Positions 47,601 through 57,959 of a stretch of 64,000 nt of DNA are shown here, one piece after another; the stretch's first letter is position 1; each line of letters starts with the position of its first letter. This DNA is from Lama guanicoe (lineage: Eukaryota). The stretch is from positions 248,001-312,000 of the forward strand of contig MU056251.1 of NCBI GenBank assembly GCA_013239625.1, given 5' to 3'. Below the pieces are notes generated by a model. The model made no database searches and was not told the origin of the DNA. It worked only from the letters and a program-made list of their open reading frames with translations. The position numbers were made by a program, and so were the translations under genes.

Positions 47601-50381
47601 ACCTCAGCCACCAGGACAGGACTGGCAGATAAAGCTCACCCACGCGCCCCCATGTAGACCTGAATTACCTCCCGGCGTTTATGGACGCTGCCACAGGACG
47701 GACTGAAGCTTTCCCCACGAAAACAGAGAGGACACCAGAAGTAGCTGCTGCTTTGCTGGCTCATGGTTAGTCCGTTACGGCCTACCCTGCTCCTTAACAA
47801 CCAGACAACGGCCCAGGTTTTGTTCCTCAAATAACCCAAGGACTGGCAGAAGCCCTGCAAGTCAAACATCGTTCACATGCTATGCGGCACCCCCAGTCCT
47901 CTGGCAAAGTAGAGAGCGCCAACCAAACAGTAAAAAGAATAAAATAAAAAAGAATCCTAACAAAACTTACACAAGAAGCCCAGCAGTCCTGGTCCACCCT
48001 CCTCCCTACTGCCTTGCTACGAACACGAATTACTCCAAAAGCAGCAGCTCACTAAGTCTCCAGGCTCCCCCGTGGCAGGCCCTTCCTCCAGACAGATTCA
48101 CTAGCGGCTTCTGAGAGGCACCACCTGGCCCAACACGCGGTGACTTCAGATCAGACTGCAGAGGCCCTGCTGAGTATCATGATCATGCGAGTCCAAAGCC
48201 TGACCCTGATTTTCAGGAAATTCCCATCCAAACCTTGTCCCCAGGGACTGGGTTTATCTCAAATTCTTCCACAGGACAAACAGCCGCTTCAGCCTGTCTG
48301 GACGCGACCTCATCCGGTGCTTCTGACCGTTCCCACGGCAGTGAGGCTAGATGGGCTTACTCCTTGGACATACCTGTTCCACGTAAAGGCTGCCGCCCCG
48401 CAGCCCTTGAAAGTGGATAAGTTGCTGACAAATACCTCGTACAGCTGTGAACCCCTAGAGGCGCTCCATCTACTGCGCAAATCAGGCGCTAGTCCCGATC
48501 CCTAGCTCAGTGAGTGCCACCTGCTGGGCTACTCCAGAAGCATTGGATTTGAGGCCAGCTCCCGTGTAGTGTCCACATCTGCTGGCTTGCCATGGTCAGC
48601 TTCACCCCTACAAGGATCTGATCGGAAAGAGTCTTCCACGTTTACTCGTCAACTAATATTTAACATGAATGAAGATGTAACTTGTTATGACCCTTTAAAA
48701 CGCCACCCTTTGAGGGCACCTATGTGAAATCACTAACTATGACCCGTCAAAGTGGCCCACAGGAAACACCGCTGATCTGCCGTAGCTCAGGCTGACTTGT
48801 CTCAGCCCGCGTTTCCTCCACATCGGAGTCATAAAGCCCACCAACCTGCCATACACCAAAGCCCCTCACCTCATTTACGGCCAATCAAAAATCTGTTCCC
48901 CTGTCCCTTTGTGTTCACAGCCCCTTCCCCAATAAAAGACCCCGCACGTTCACCCCACTGCTCACACAGGCACCATCTGTGTGGCCCACTGCTGCCTGCA
49001 GCAGCCTATTTATTAAACTTTTCCTTTGTTTCTTAAACCTTCCTTTCTCTGTGGTAAATTCTTTTACTGCCCGTGACACTGGCCTGCTTTGTCCCTCAAC
49101 ACTTACCTTCACCCCTACAACATCCACCCTCCGAGCCCCACCTGCAAGGCCCTCCGTGACCCAGTGCTCTCCTGCCTGCACCTTTGTTTCCTACTGCTGG
49201 CTGTGTCCCAGGCATGTGAACCCCCGTTTTTCTCACACACAAAGCTCCTTGCTACCTCGGGGCCTTTGCCCCAGCCCTGCCCTCTGCTTGGCACACACTG
49301 CCCTGCCACCCCCCAACCTTAACTAGGCTGATCCCTGTCTTCTAATCCCAACCCAAAGTGGACCTCCCAAGTCTGTCAAATCTCTTGTGCTTCCTAGTGA
49401 CCATCACCCTCCAAACACCCTTTAGCTCGTGTATTTACTGAAATCTCTTACGCTAAGATAAACTTGCGCAGCTGGCCCAGAAACCTGGTAGACTCTCCCA
49501 TTTTGCCTGCTAGGTTGGTGAGCACAGTGGAAGCTCCTTAAATGTGCACCCCGAGTAAGCGAAGCTGTTTAGAGAGATCTCTGTGACAGCAGCACGGAAG
49601 CCGATTTCATATACCGCTTTAGAAAAAAAAAAAACCACAGAACTCTTACAATTGAAGTTCACACAGCATTCAAACCACTAGCAGACACTGCAGGAAAGGC
49701 AGCTGAGATGTCCCCCGTTACCCTGCTAAGGTACTCACTGGACACACACCACCGCCCTCCAAGCTACCGCAGTAATAGGAGCGGCAGTAAGGACAGCCAC
49801 CCTGGCCCTGCAGCCTTCCACCCACCCCGGCCGCTCACCTTTGGCGCCCTGCTCCTCCCGAAGCCCCCGAGCACCAGGGCCTGGGCTGGGGGCCCAGGGG
49901 CCTCTTCGGGGAGCGGGCCGCCTGGGCCCTCCGGCGGCCGTGCCGCGTCCGCGCCCACGCTGCTCTCCTCCGGCGCCTCCTCGCCGCTCTCTGCGAGGCA
50001 GAAGCGGGGCCGGGGCCGGGCCCCAGCCGCACGTGGACCCGAGCCCCGGGGCCGCGGCCCCGCCCGGCTCCGCGCCGCCTCACCTGCGCCCGCGTCCTCG
50101 CCGTCCGCTCTCCGCCGCTTGCCGCTCGGCTCGCCCGGGCTCGCCGGCGCCCCACCGCCCTCGCGCCTCCGCGTCCTGCGCGGCCGCCGCCGCCGCTTCC
50201 CCGCCGCCTGTGCGGGCTCCGCGGACCCCGCGGGCTCCTGCTGCAGCGGCTGCCTCTGCCGCTCCCGCTCTCGAGCCCGGCACTGCAGCCGCTGCAGCAG
50301 CGCGCGAGCCCGGCCGTCCGCGTCGGCCTCCGCCCCGGCCGCCTCAGGGCCGGCGTACCGCGCGACGTGGAAGAGCGCCAT
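38607..50381 (-). CDS. DDX51: ATP-dependent RNA helicase DDX51 (Dbp6 family), 646 aa from 15 exons
   Basis: Exons (minus strand): 50381-50084, 49990-49839, 41561-41411, 41164-41019, 40934-40863, 40771-40665, 40533-40425, 40354-40209, 40064-39866, 39786-39671, 39583-39467, 39329-39228, 39121-39058, 38955-38821, 38633-38607; total 1941 nt, all GT-AG. Motifs [38 protein letters not shown]; starts MALFHVARY and ends EEQKQKAA*. Confidence 0.97.
41727..42221 (+). repeat. ERV 5' LTR
   Basis: Block 41984-42108 aligns without gaps to 48850-48974 (19/125 mismatches by hand count); ends CCAAACA directly before the PBS. Confidence 0.8.
42224..42241 (+). other. Retroviral primer-binding site, tRNA-Ile-like
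   Basis: TGGCAGCCCGTATGGGGA versus the recalled Ile PBS TGGTGGCCCGTACGGGGA (15/18), 2 nt after the LTR end. Confidence 0.7.
43214..44940 (+). pseudogene. gag: ERV gag, disrupted
   Basis: Former start GCC-ACG-GGA (ATG>ACG); matrix [32 protein letters not shown]; capsid/MHR region [31 protein letters not shown]; degenerate first knuckle [11 protein letters not shown] and intact [18 protein letters not shown] (44742-44783); several frameshifts. Confidence 0.88.
44960..48505 (+). pseudogene. pol: ERV pro-pol, disrupted
   Basis: Protease [12 protein letters not shown]; [26 protein letters not shown] with YxDD decayed to YLAD (45973-45984); RNase [41 protein letters not shown]; integrase [42 protein letters not shown]; many stops and frameshifts. 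Confidence 0.92.
45369..45536. repeat. 27-bp minisatellite, about 6 copies, inside ERV pol
   Basis: Unit TTCCCCTCAGRAATCTCAGTRACCCCT; shows as (VTEIPEGKG)n in the minus-strand ORF 45269-45529. Confidence 0.92.
48506..48700 (+). pseudogene. env: Short env (SU N-terminal) remnant
   Basis: [17 protein letters not shown] resembles the 'GLPWW.SPLQG.DW' motif of class I ERV SU; the rest of env is absent. Confidence 0.5.
48738..49101 (+). repeat. ERV 3' LTR (5' part apparently deleted)
   Basis: Homologous to the 5' LTR; CCAAT 48881-48885, TATA-position AATAAAA 48931-48937, ATTAAA 49012-49017; ends CTCAACA. Confidence 0.8.
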
Positions 50382-50950
50382 GCCGGCCGGCCGCGCGCCT
50401 CTCCCGCCCCGCGCGCCGCGATGACGTAGCCGGCGCCGGCCGTGACGTCAGCAGCGAGCCTGGTGGAGGCGGTGCTGGCGAGCCGCGGCGAGGCCAACGC
50501 CGTGTTCGACATCCTGGCCGTGCTGCAGGTGGGGCACGTGGGGTGGCGGGGTCCGCGGCCGGGTCCTGGAGTTGGAGGCCAGAGTGGGGACCTCTTCGGG
50601 CTCGGACGACGCGGGGCTTGGCCTCGGATGAGGGCAGATCATTGCATAGCGGGGTTCGCGACTCTGCTGGGGATATTCTCCCGCCTCGCAGGGCCCCCGG
50701 TTTGAGGGCCTGGTGAGAGGTTTGGCAGAGGCGGGGCGGGAGGGGCATGCCGAGATCAAGGGTGGGGTGCGATGGGGCTGGAGTCCTGGCCGGGAAAGGG
50801 GCAGAGGGCGCAGTTCCCGACGGGACACCGAGACCCGCCTCTCCCCCAGTCTGAGGACCAGGAGGAGGTTCAGGAAGCCGTGCGTGCATGCAGCCGACTC
50901 TTTGGGGCCCTGCTGGCCCGCGGAGAGCTGTTTGTGGGCCAGCTGCCCTC
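49800..50950. promoter_or_regulatory. CpG island / bidirectional DDX51-NOC4L promoter with CRE
   Basis: Very CpG-dense; full palindromic CRE TGACGTCA at 50443-50450 and half-site TGACG at 50422-50426 between the divergent coding regions. Confidence 0.85.
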
Positions 50951-53900
50951 TGAGGAGATGGTCATGGCAGGTGAGCGTCCAGGAGGGTCTAGTCTCCGGG
51001 AGGGTTGGACAGAGACCTTGCTAATATGGGATGAGCCCCTCCAAAACTCCATCATAGGGCCTGTAGGTTGGTAGGATCTAAGACTTTGTATGGGGGGAGG
51101 GGTAGACCTCGAATACAGACCTTGAAGCCAGATTTAAGTAAAAGTTGAGTGTGGTGTGACTTTATTTTGTTTTCAGCACTCATGGAATTTGATGTTGTGT
51201 TAATTCCACAAAGAATCAGGGTTATGTGTCACAGTCCTTGGCATGTCTGAGTGTTGGGGTAAAGAGAGAGGACCCTCTAGGCAAAGTAGGGCCCTCTCCC
51301 CCTGCGGGGATTGCGGGGGTGTTGGTCCTGCCCCAGGTCTGGTGACAGGTTTCCACTTGTTCCCTGGTTGGGTGGAGTAGAACGCAGTGGGAGGGTGAGG
51401 CTGACCACCCTGCCCCACCTGCAGGGTCCCAGGGGGCCACTCGCAAGTACAAGGTGTGGATGCGGCATCGATACCACAGCTGCTGCAACAGCCTGGGGGA
51501 GCTCTTGGCCCACTCCTCCTTTCAGGTCAAGGTGAGTCTGGGTTGCTGGCCTTGCCTCATCCCTGGACCCCCCCCACCAACCCCCAGCTCCCTGCTCATC
51601 AAAGGTCTGGGGCCGTGGCTGCAAGTACTTGTCTAGATAAGGATGCTCTCTCTTTCTTTGGCTAGTTTTCTGGGGTGTGGGTTCCTTCTGTCTCCTGACT
51701 CACAGGAATGTGATTTGGTGGATATTCTGAATGCCAGGGGGACTCTGGGCCTGTCTGCGGAGGGTGTTGGGGTGGGAACAACTCGATCCCTTTGTCACCT
51801 GTCCTTCTAGGAGCTGGCTCTCAGCACGCTTATGAAGTTTGTGCAGCTGGAGGGCGAGCATCCCCTGGAGAAGCCCAAGTGGGAGGGCAACTATCTGTTC
51901 CCCCGCCAACTCTTTAAGGTGAGGGCCAGGGCTACTCATTCTGGGTGGGTTGTGGGGCTCAGGGGGGCTCTAGTAGCCCATCCAGACTACTCTGTGAGCT
52001 CCGTCCCTGGGCTGTCTGTCCTGGGAGCAGGAGAAGTGCTCACCGCACTGCCCCCCACACCCAGTTGGTGGTGGAAGGCCTGCTCTCTTCGGAAGAGGAC
52101 CGCTCCCTGCTCCTCTCCCAGTTCCGAGAGTATCTGGAACATGATGACATTCGCTACCACACGATGCAGGCAGCCTCGGACACCGTGGCCCGGGTCACTG
52201 ACGGGCGACCTGAGGTGAGCTGGCCAGTCCTGTATCTGGAGGAGGGGTGGGCAGTGGGCACATGGCGTCCAGGTGCTCAGGCCAGACCTTTGGCAGGTGC
52301 CCCTTATCTTCTGGAACAATGCCTTCACGCTGCTGTCCTCCGTGAGCCTGCCCCGCCAGGAGGGCGACCTCTCCAGCTTCTATGTGAAGCACGTGGGTGA
52401 GCATCCTGGGTGGGAGGGCAGGCAGGCAGGTGGGCGGGCAGGGCGAGCCTTGCAGCGCTTGGTGACGCCTTGCCTTCCTTGCAGAACTGTCAGACAAGTG
52501 GAAGGTCGTTCATCTGAAGGTGAGACGCCCTGGGTAGGTGGGTGGCCTCCCTGGGAACCACCCAGTCTTGGGCTAGCACCTCCTTCTTGGCCTTGTCAGC
52601 CACCAGGGTCGCAGGGGGACCCGAGCACGAGGGGAGGCCCGCAGGCACACTTCCCAGAGGTCAGAGGTGGCCTGTCTAGTCCTCTCAGGTGCGAGGTGTC
52701 CTTGTCCAGGGCGGCTGTGAGCACAGGGCCCGTGGCCATGAGGGAAGCTTGTCCTCCCTGGGGTCCTTGGGTTCTGGCTCCTACTTACGTGAGGCAGGAG
52801 GCGGGTTGGTGGGTCAGGAACCTGGGTGGTGGGGGCTGCGCAGGAACCAGCGGCCGGGAGCGGGTAGGGGAGCGGCTTGTGCAGCCTTGCCCCTCCCCCT
52901 CCCTGCAGGAGCACCAGAAAGCCTTCCAGCTGATGTGGCTCGGCTTCCTCAAGCACCAGGTAAGGGGGTGGGGTCGGGCCTCGGGCCTGGGCTCCGTCCC
53001 CGTGGCTCTTGGAGGCGGGCGGCTGCATCTGACTGGCTGTTTCCTGCAGCTGCCTCTGCGCATCTGCAAGAAGGTGCTGGTCATCATGCACGACGCCATC
53101 CTGCCGCACCTGGCGCAGCCCAGCCTCATGATTGACTTCCTCACCCGCGCCTACGACATTGGTGAGCAGGGTGCGCCCGGAGGGCTGCTGGTCGTGGCCG
53201 GGGGTGCTCTGTGCTCCTGGAGCCATGCAGCTGGGGGCCCGACCAGTCAGCAACGTGTGTGCTGGAGGTTTCTTCCCACCTCTGCCCGGCGGGTGGCCTC
53301 TAGCTCTGCCAGAGTCGTCCCGGGTCGGGGTGCAGGTCGGGGCTCCACAGCCGTGTGTCTGTCTGCAGGGGGAGCCATCAGCCTCTTGGCCTTGAACGGA
53401 CTTTTCATCCTGATTCATAAGCACAACCTGTGAGTGTCGGCTTGGGGGTCCTGTGGGCCTTTCAGCTCTGTCCGGTCAGCCCTGCCCCGTCCTCCCCTTG
53501 TCTTTGCGCCACACGTGCCCTGTCACTTACCTGCACGCTCCCAGGGAGTACCCTGACTTCTACCGGAAGCTCTACGGCCTCCTGGACCCGTCTGTCTTCC
53601 ACGTCAAGTACCGGGCCCGCTTCTTCCACCTGGCCGACCTCTTCCTGTCGTCCTCGTGAGTAGGGGGTCTTGGGGGAGGGGACACCCAGCCGCCTGTGCC
53701 CCGCCCATCCTGTGGAGGAAGGGACACTGGGGGCTGGTATGGGGGGGCAGTGGGGTCTCATGCCCACCACCGCACCCAGCCATCTCCCTGCCTACCTGGT
53801 GGCTGCCTTTGCCAAGCGCCTGGCCCGGCTGGCCCTGACGGCACCTCCCGAGGCCCTGCTCATGGTCCTGCCCTTCATTTGCAACCTGCTGCGCCGGCAC

Positions 53901-54710
53901 CCAGCCTGCCGTGTCCTCATGCACCGCCCAAGGGGCCCTGGTGAGTGCAGCCGGGGACCCTGTGGAAGCCTGGCCTGAGAGGCCAGCACACGGGGCAGAT
54001 GGCAGACCAGAGTCTGGGTCTTGTTCCTAGCGCTGGACGCCGACCCCTATGACCCCTCAGAGGAGGACCCAGCCCAGAGTAGAGCCCTGGAGAGCTCCCT
54101 GTGGGAGCTGCAGGTGAGGGCCCTTGCCTGCCCGAGTCACGCCCTGGACTCCCTGGAGCCACCCCAGCTGGGTGCTGCCCCCCACCACCCAGCTCCTCCT
54201 CTGGCCCCTGCTTGCAGCTCCACCGGGTCCCTGGAGATCCCAGCTCGCCTGGTCACTTCAGCTTCCTAGGGGAGCCTTAGCCTCTGTCCCCCCAGGGCTC
54301 TGAGGTCGTGGGATGTTCCCACTGCTCAGTGCTTCCTGTGCCACTCGCTTTGCCCAAGGAGGGGGTGGTGACACCCCACATGCCTTTGCAGGCCCTCCAG
54401 CGGCATTACCACCCTGAGGTGTCCAAGGCCGCCAGCGTCATCAACCAGGCGCTGTCTGTGCCTGAGGTCAGCATTGCGCCGCTCCTGGAACTCACCGCCT
54501 TTGAGGTGAGGGATGGCGGCAGGGCCGCGGGGTAGGGGCACCGGGACTGTGCTGTGTGGAGGGTCTGACTGTGTGTCCATCCGTTCCTTGCAGATCTTTG
54601 AGCAGGACCTGAAGAAGGGGCCTGAATCGGTGCCCCTGGAGTTCATCCCGGCCCAGGGCCTACTGGGCCAGCAGGACGACCTCTGTGCCCAGCACTTCAC
54701 ACTGAGCTGA
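50463..54710 (+). CDS. NOC4L: Nucleolar complex protein 4 homolog (CBF/Mak21 domain); start codon not present in this sequence
   Basis: Exons <50463-50528, 50850-50970, 51425-51531, 51811-51918, 52065-52214, 52297-52396, 52485-52519, 52909-52959, 53050-53161, 53369-53429, 53545-53655, 53780-53940, 54031-54113, 54392-54505, 54594-54710; phase-consistent GT-AG. Peptides EAVLASRGEANAVFDILAVLQ, EYPDFYRKLYGLLDPSVFHVKYRARFF, ALESSLWELQALQRHYHPEVS, ..CAQHFTLS*. Confidence 0.95.
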
Positions 54711-55462
54711 CCCTGCGCACCCCACTTCCCCTCAGATGATTTTGTTAGCTACCTGAGTGGGCTGGTGGGGGGGTGTCTAGGGAGGCACAGATCTTTTGCC
54801 TGTGCCATGGGGCTGGGGTCAGCAGTGCCGGCCACAGTCAGAAGGCGCCCTCACTTCCGCCTGCAGCCCCCACACCCACGTGCTCCTGGCCTCCCTGGAA
54901 AGCCCTGTCGAGGTGCCCCTCCCTTATCTGCAGCCTGGTGGGGAGGGTCAAGGTGGGGGCTCACGTGGGGCCCCTGCCCCAGAAGCTCCAGCTGTAAGTG
55001 TGCCAGGTGATGGCTTCTGTCAGCCCCCAGAGAGTCCTCCATCTCCAGGCCCTCTGCATCCCGGTGCCTCCCAAGGTGGGATGGGCACACCCCCGCTGGG
55101 GCTGCAGTTAGATTGTGACCTGGGAGTGGCAGGAGGGGCTCTCTGCCCTGGTCAGTCTGGGTGGGCAGCACAGGGAGGGGGCAGAAGCCACCTGTCCCCG
55201 GGCAAGCCCCACGGAGGACACCTTTGTGCATGGAACCACCCGTGCTCCGGGCGCACAGACAGGCGCTGAGCCCCGTGACTCTGGCGCTGAGTGTCTGTGC
55301 CCTGTGGGGAGGAGTTGCAGGCAGGGGTGGTTCATGCTTTTCCTCCCAAGTGGAGGGAGCGCCAGTGGCCTGCTGGTGTTTGTGGGGAGGTGGTTTTGTC
55401 AAGGCTCCAGTCCCAGGTGCACCTGGTTCTCCATCTATGGCAGCAACTCTGTTTCCTTTGAA

Positions 55463-55468
55463 AATAAA
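55463..55468 (+). terminator. Candidate NOC4L polyadenylation signal
   Basis: First AATAAA I could find downstream of the stop codon (about 750 nt). Confidence 0.4.
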
Positions 55469-57959
55469 AAGCCATTTCTTCAAGGGCAGAGGCGTCACAA
55501 CTGGTGCTGGCTTACGTGGGTGTGGTGGGGAGGGACCGAGGTGCTGGGGGAGAGACCCTCGCTGCCTCCCTGCCGCCTCCTGTCTGTGCCGTGTGCTTGT
55601 ATGCCCCCTCCCGCCTGCATCCCCGCCCCAGAGGAGCAGATGTGAGCTCACAGTGGGCTCCCTTGGAGTCAGCAGGGAAGGGTTCAGCCAGTCAGCTGGC
55701 CCAGGGTTCTTGTGCGCCCAGGGGGGGCTTTGGGGCCAGGGAGGTGGGGAGCTGAGTGTGTGCAAGGCTGTCTCTCCACACAGCTGTGTGATTTGGGGAC
55801 GCTAGTGCCCCCCACCCCAGCTGCTCTGCTTTGCTCCATCTTGCTAAGCTGGTTCGTGCCCCAGGGCCTTTGTGTTGCCAAATCCTCTTCCTCCGCATCT
55901 TTCCTTTAGACCCCAGCCTAAGTGACCTTGGGGAGGCCTCCCCTGGGTGTCCCATTTGTAGCAGACACCACATGGCGCCACTGCCCTTTGCTTGTTCTGC
56001 TCTAAAGGGAGCCACCTTACCAACCTGGTCCTTGGGGCACAGGGCTTGCCTGGGGCTGAGGGCTGGAGCCCTGGTTCATGTTCATGTGCATTTATGGTGG
56101 ATGGCCTGGGGGTCCCGGGCAGCCTGGCACCAGGAGTGTCACTGTGGCCCTGCGTAAGCCTTGTGCGGGGACCCCAGGGGGCAGTGCTGGATGGGCCTGA
56201 GGCCTCACACTTTTCTTAATGCCATTACATTAAAAAAAAAAAGTCATAAGTTACAGAACACTGAAACAAGTTTTCTTGATTTTTGTCTGAATCTGGGGTC
56301 CTGCGGTTTCCACACTTCCTTACTGAGGCGGGTGGGGACCCTCACTCCACAGCCGCTCCGGTTCCCCAGCAGCTGCGCTTTGCCGTGTTTGACTTGGCCA
56401 GGTCGTGTGGTCCCTGTCCTCTGCCCTGGTTGTCCTCAGGGCAGAGGGGTGAGTGCCCCTTCCAGGGTCCGTGAGGTTGGCTAAGTGGCTGTGGTGGGGG
56501 AGGAGGTGAGAGCAGAAGGGGTTGGGGGGCTGTCAGGAGCAGACGGGGAAGCCGCAGCATCCCCTGGGGGCCTCTCACTGCCGGTCGTCCTCGAGGCCGA
56601 GGCAGCCTCTGCGCGTGTGGCTGACTTCCGGGCTCCTGGTCCCGGGAGGCTCGATCCCAGACTTCCAGGGGGTCTGGAATCACCCAGGATCTGAGCAAAA
56701 GTGCAGCTTCTGGTGCAGCTGGCCTGGGACTCTGCGTTCCTGAAGGCTCCCAGGCCAGGTGGTCACAGCAACGGGAAGGCCTATGCTCTGTCCCCTCTGG
56801 AAGCTGTGAGGACATTACTGCCTGGCTCGGTGTCTGTGCTGAAGTGCAACCCCCACATCCTCTGCTTCACTGTCACAGCTTCCCGGCCCAGAGCAAGGCA
56901 GCCCCGCCGTGGGTGCGGCTCCCGCAGACGGCCTGGCCTGGCGGCGCCCTCCATCCCTCCGCTTGGAGTGACGGTGATGTCGTGCTGCTGCCGATCTCTG
57001 GGGGGGCCTCCCCTTCCTGCTCCCATCACCGCGGCCGCTTGGGTAGCAAACGCTGCTTCTCTTCCTGCCTGACCCTGACACATTCACCTCCGTTCTGACT
57101 CCACCCAACCCAGGGGCAAGGGGGACCCTAAGCCGCAGAGACCCCACTTTTGCCACGTCCAGACAGGAGCTTGAGATAGAATTCACATCCCCCCTCAGAA
57201 ACTCAGGAACGCGACCTTTCCTGCATGTCCTGTGGTCCTGCCTCTGTTCAGTTACCAAGACCCCATGAGCCAGGGATACGCGGGACCCCTTGCATCCCAG
57301 AGCGGCCCCCCACTGACTGCCCCTCTGCACGATGCTGGGGCTCCAGTGCCTTAGGAGCCAGAGTTTCAGGAAAGGTTCAGCCACCTTGGAGGCCAGCATA
57401 CACAAGTGCCCGCCGTGTGCCCAGACACCGGCTGCTGGTCCTCCCCGCGCACGCAGGGCGGCCCTCCCTGTCTCTGTCTCTCCCCTGCCTTGTCTCCCTC
57501 CGGGGGCTGAATGCGCTGGCAGGCAATTAAGTCATAGTTACACGGGTAATGAAGAAAGTCTGACGAGATGAGGAGCAGACACCCCCGCAATAATGAAGCA
57601 CTTAATTGGCATTTAGCAAATCAGCTGCAGAATACTGGATGTCAGAGGAGTGTTTCCTGAAATGTCATTTGGGGTGTCGAGCTTGGGTGCACCCCCTCAT
57701 CGGTGCTCTCCCGCGGGGCTGGGGGCCCACAGCTTGCCCCCTCCTACCCTCCCCTACCCGAGGCACACATTCCGCCACCCCTGTGGTTCAGCCACCCCTG
57801 TGTGGGATTGTCCATTAACCGAAGGGGCCGCGCCTCCCTGATCTCAGCAGCTGGGGGTGAGGTCTCGGCCTCAGTGACCCCCGGCTCGGGCTCCACTCCG
57901 TGCTTGGGAAAGTCAAATGACCCCTCCAGGCCTCAGGGGTTTCACCCACAAAGTGGGCA

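Larger units (their letters stand above)
41727..49101 (+). mobile_element. Decayed class I (gamma-like, ERV1) provirus in DDX51 intron 2, antisense to the host gene
   Basis: Two homologous LTRs ending ..AACA, PBS, gag, pro, pol (RT, RNase H, IN) and an env stub; candidate 5-bp TSD CTTAC (41722-41726 and 49102-49106). The 5' boundary is less certain than the 3' boundary. Confidence 0.92.

Noticed and set aside
49764-50381. Treating DDX51 exon 1 as one 543-nt exon
   Set aside because: A canonical GTGAGG..CTCGCAG intron (50083-49991) restores the GEDAGA-ES junction seen in the human protein.
49708-50716. Long overlapping ORFs (238, 225, 291 aa) at the CpG island
   Set aside because: Stop-codon depletion from extreme GC; R/A/P/G low-complexity translations.
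52273-53433. 386-aa ORF as a separate gene
   Set aside because: Consists of NOC4L exons 6, 8, 9 and 10 plus read-through introns.
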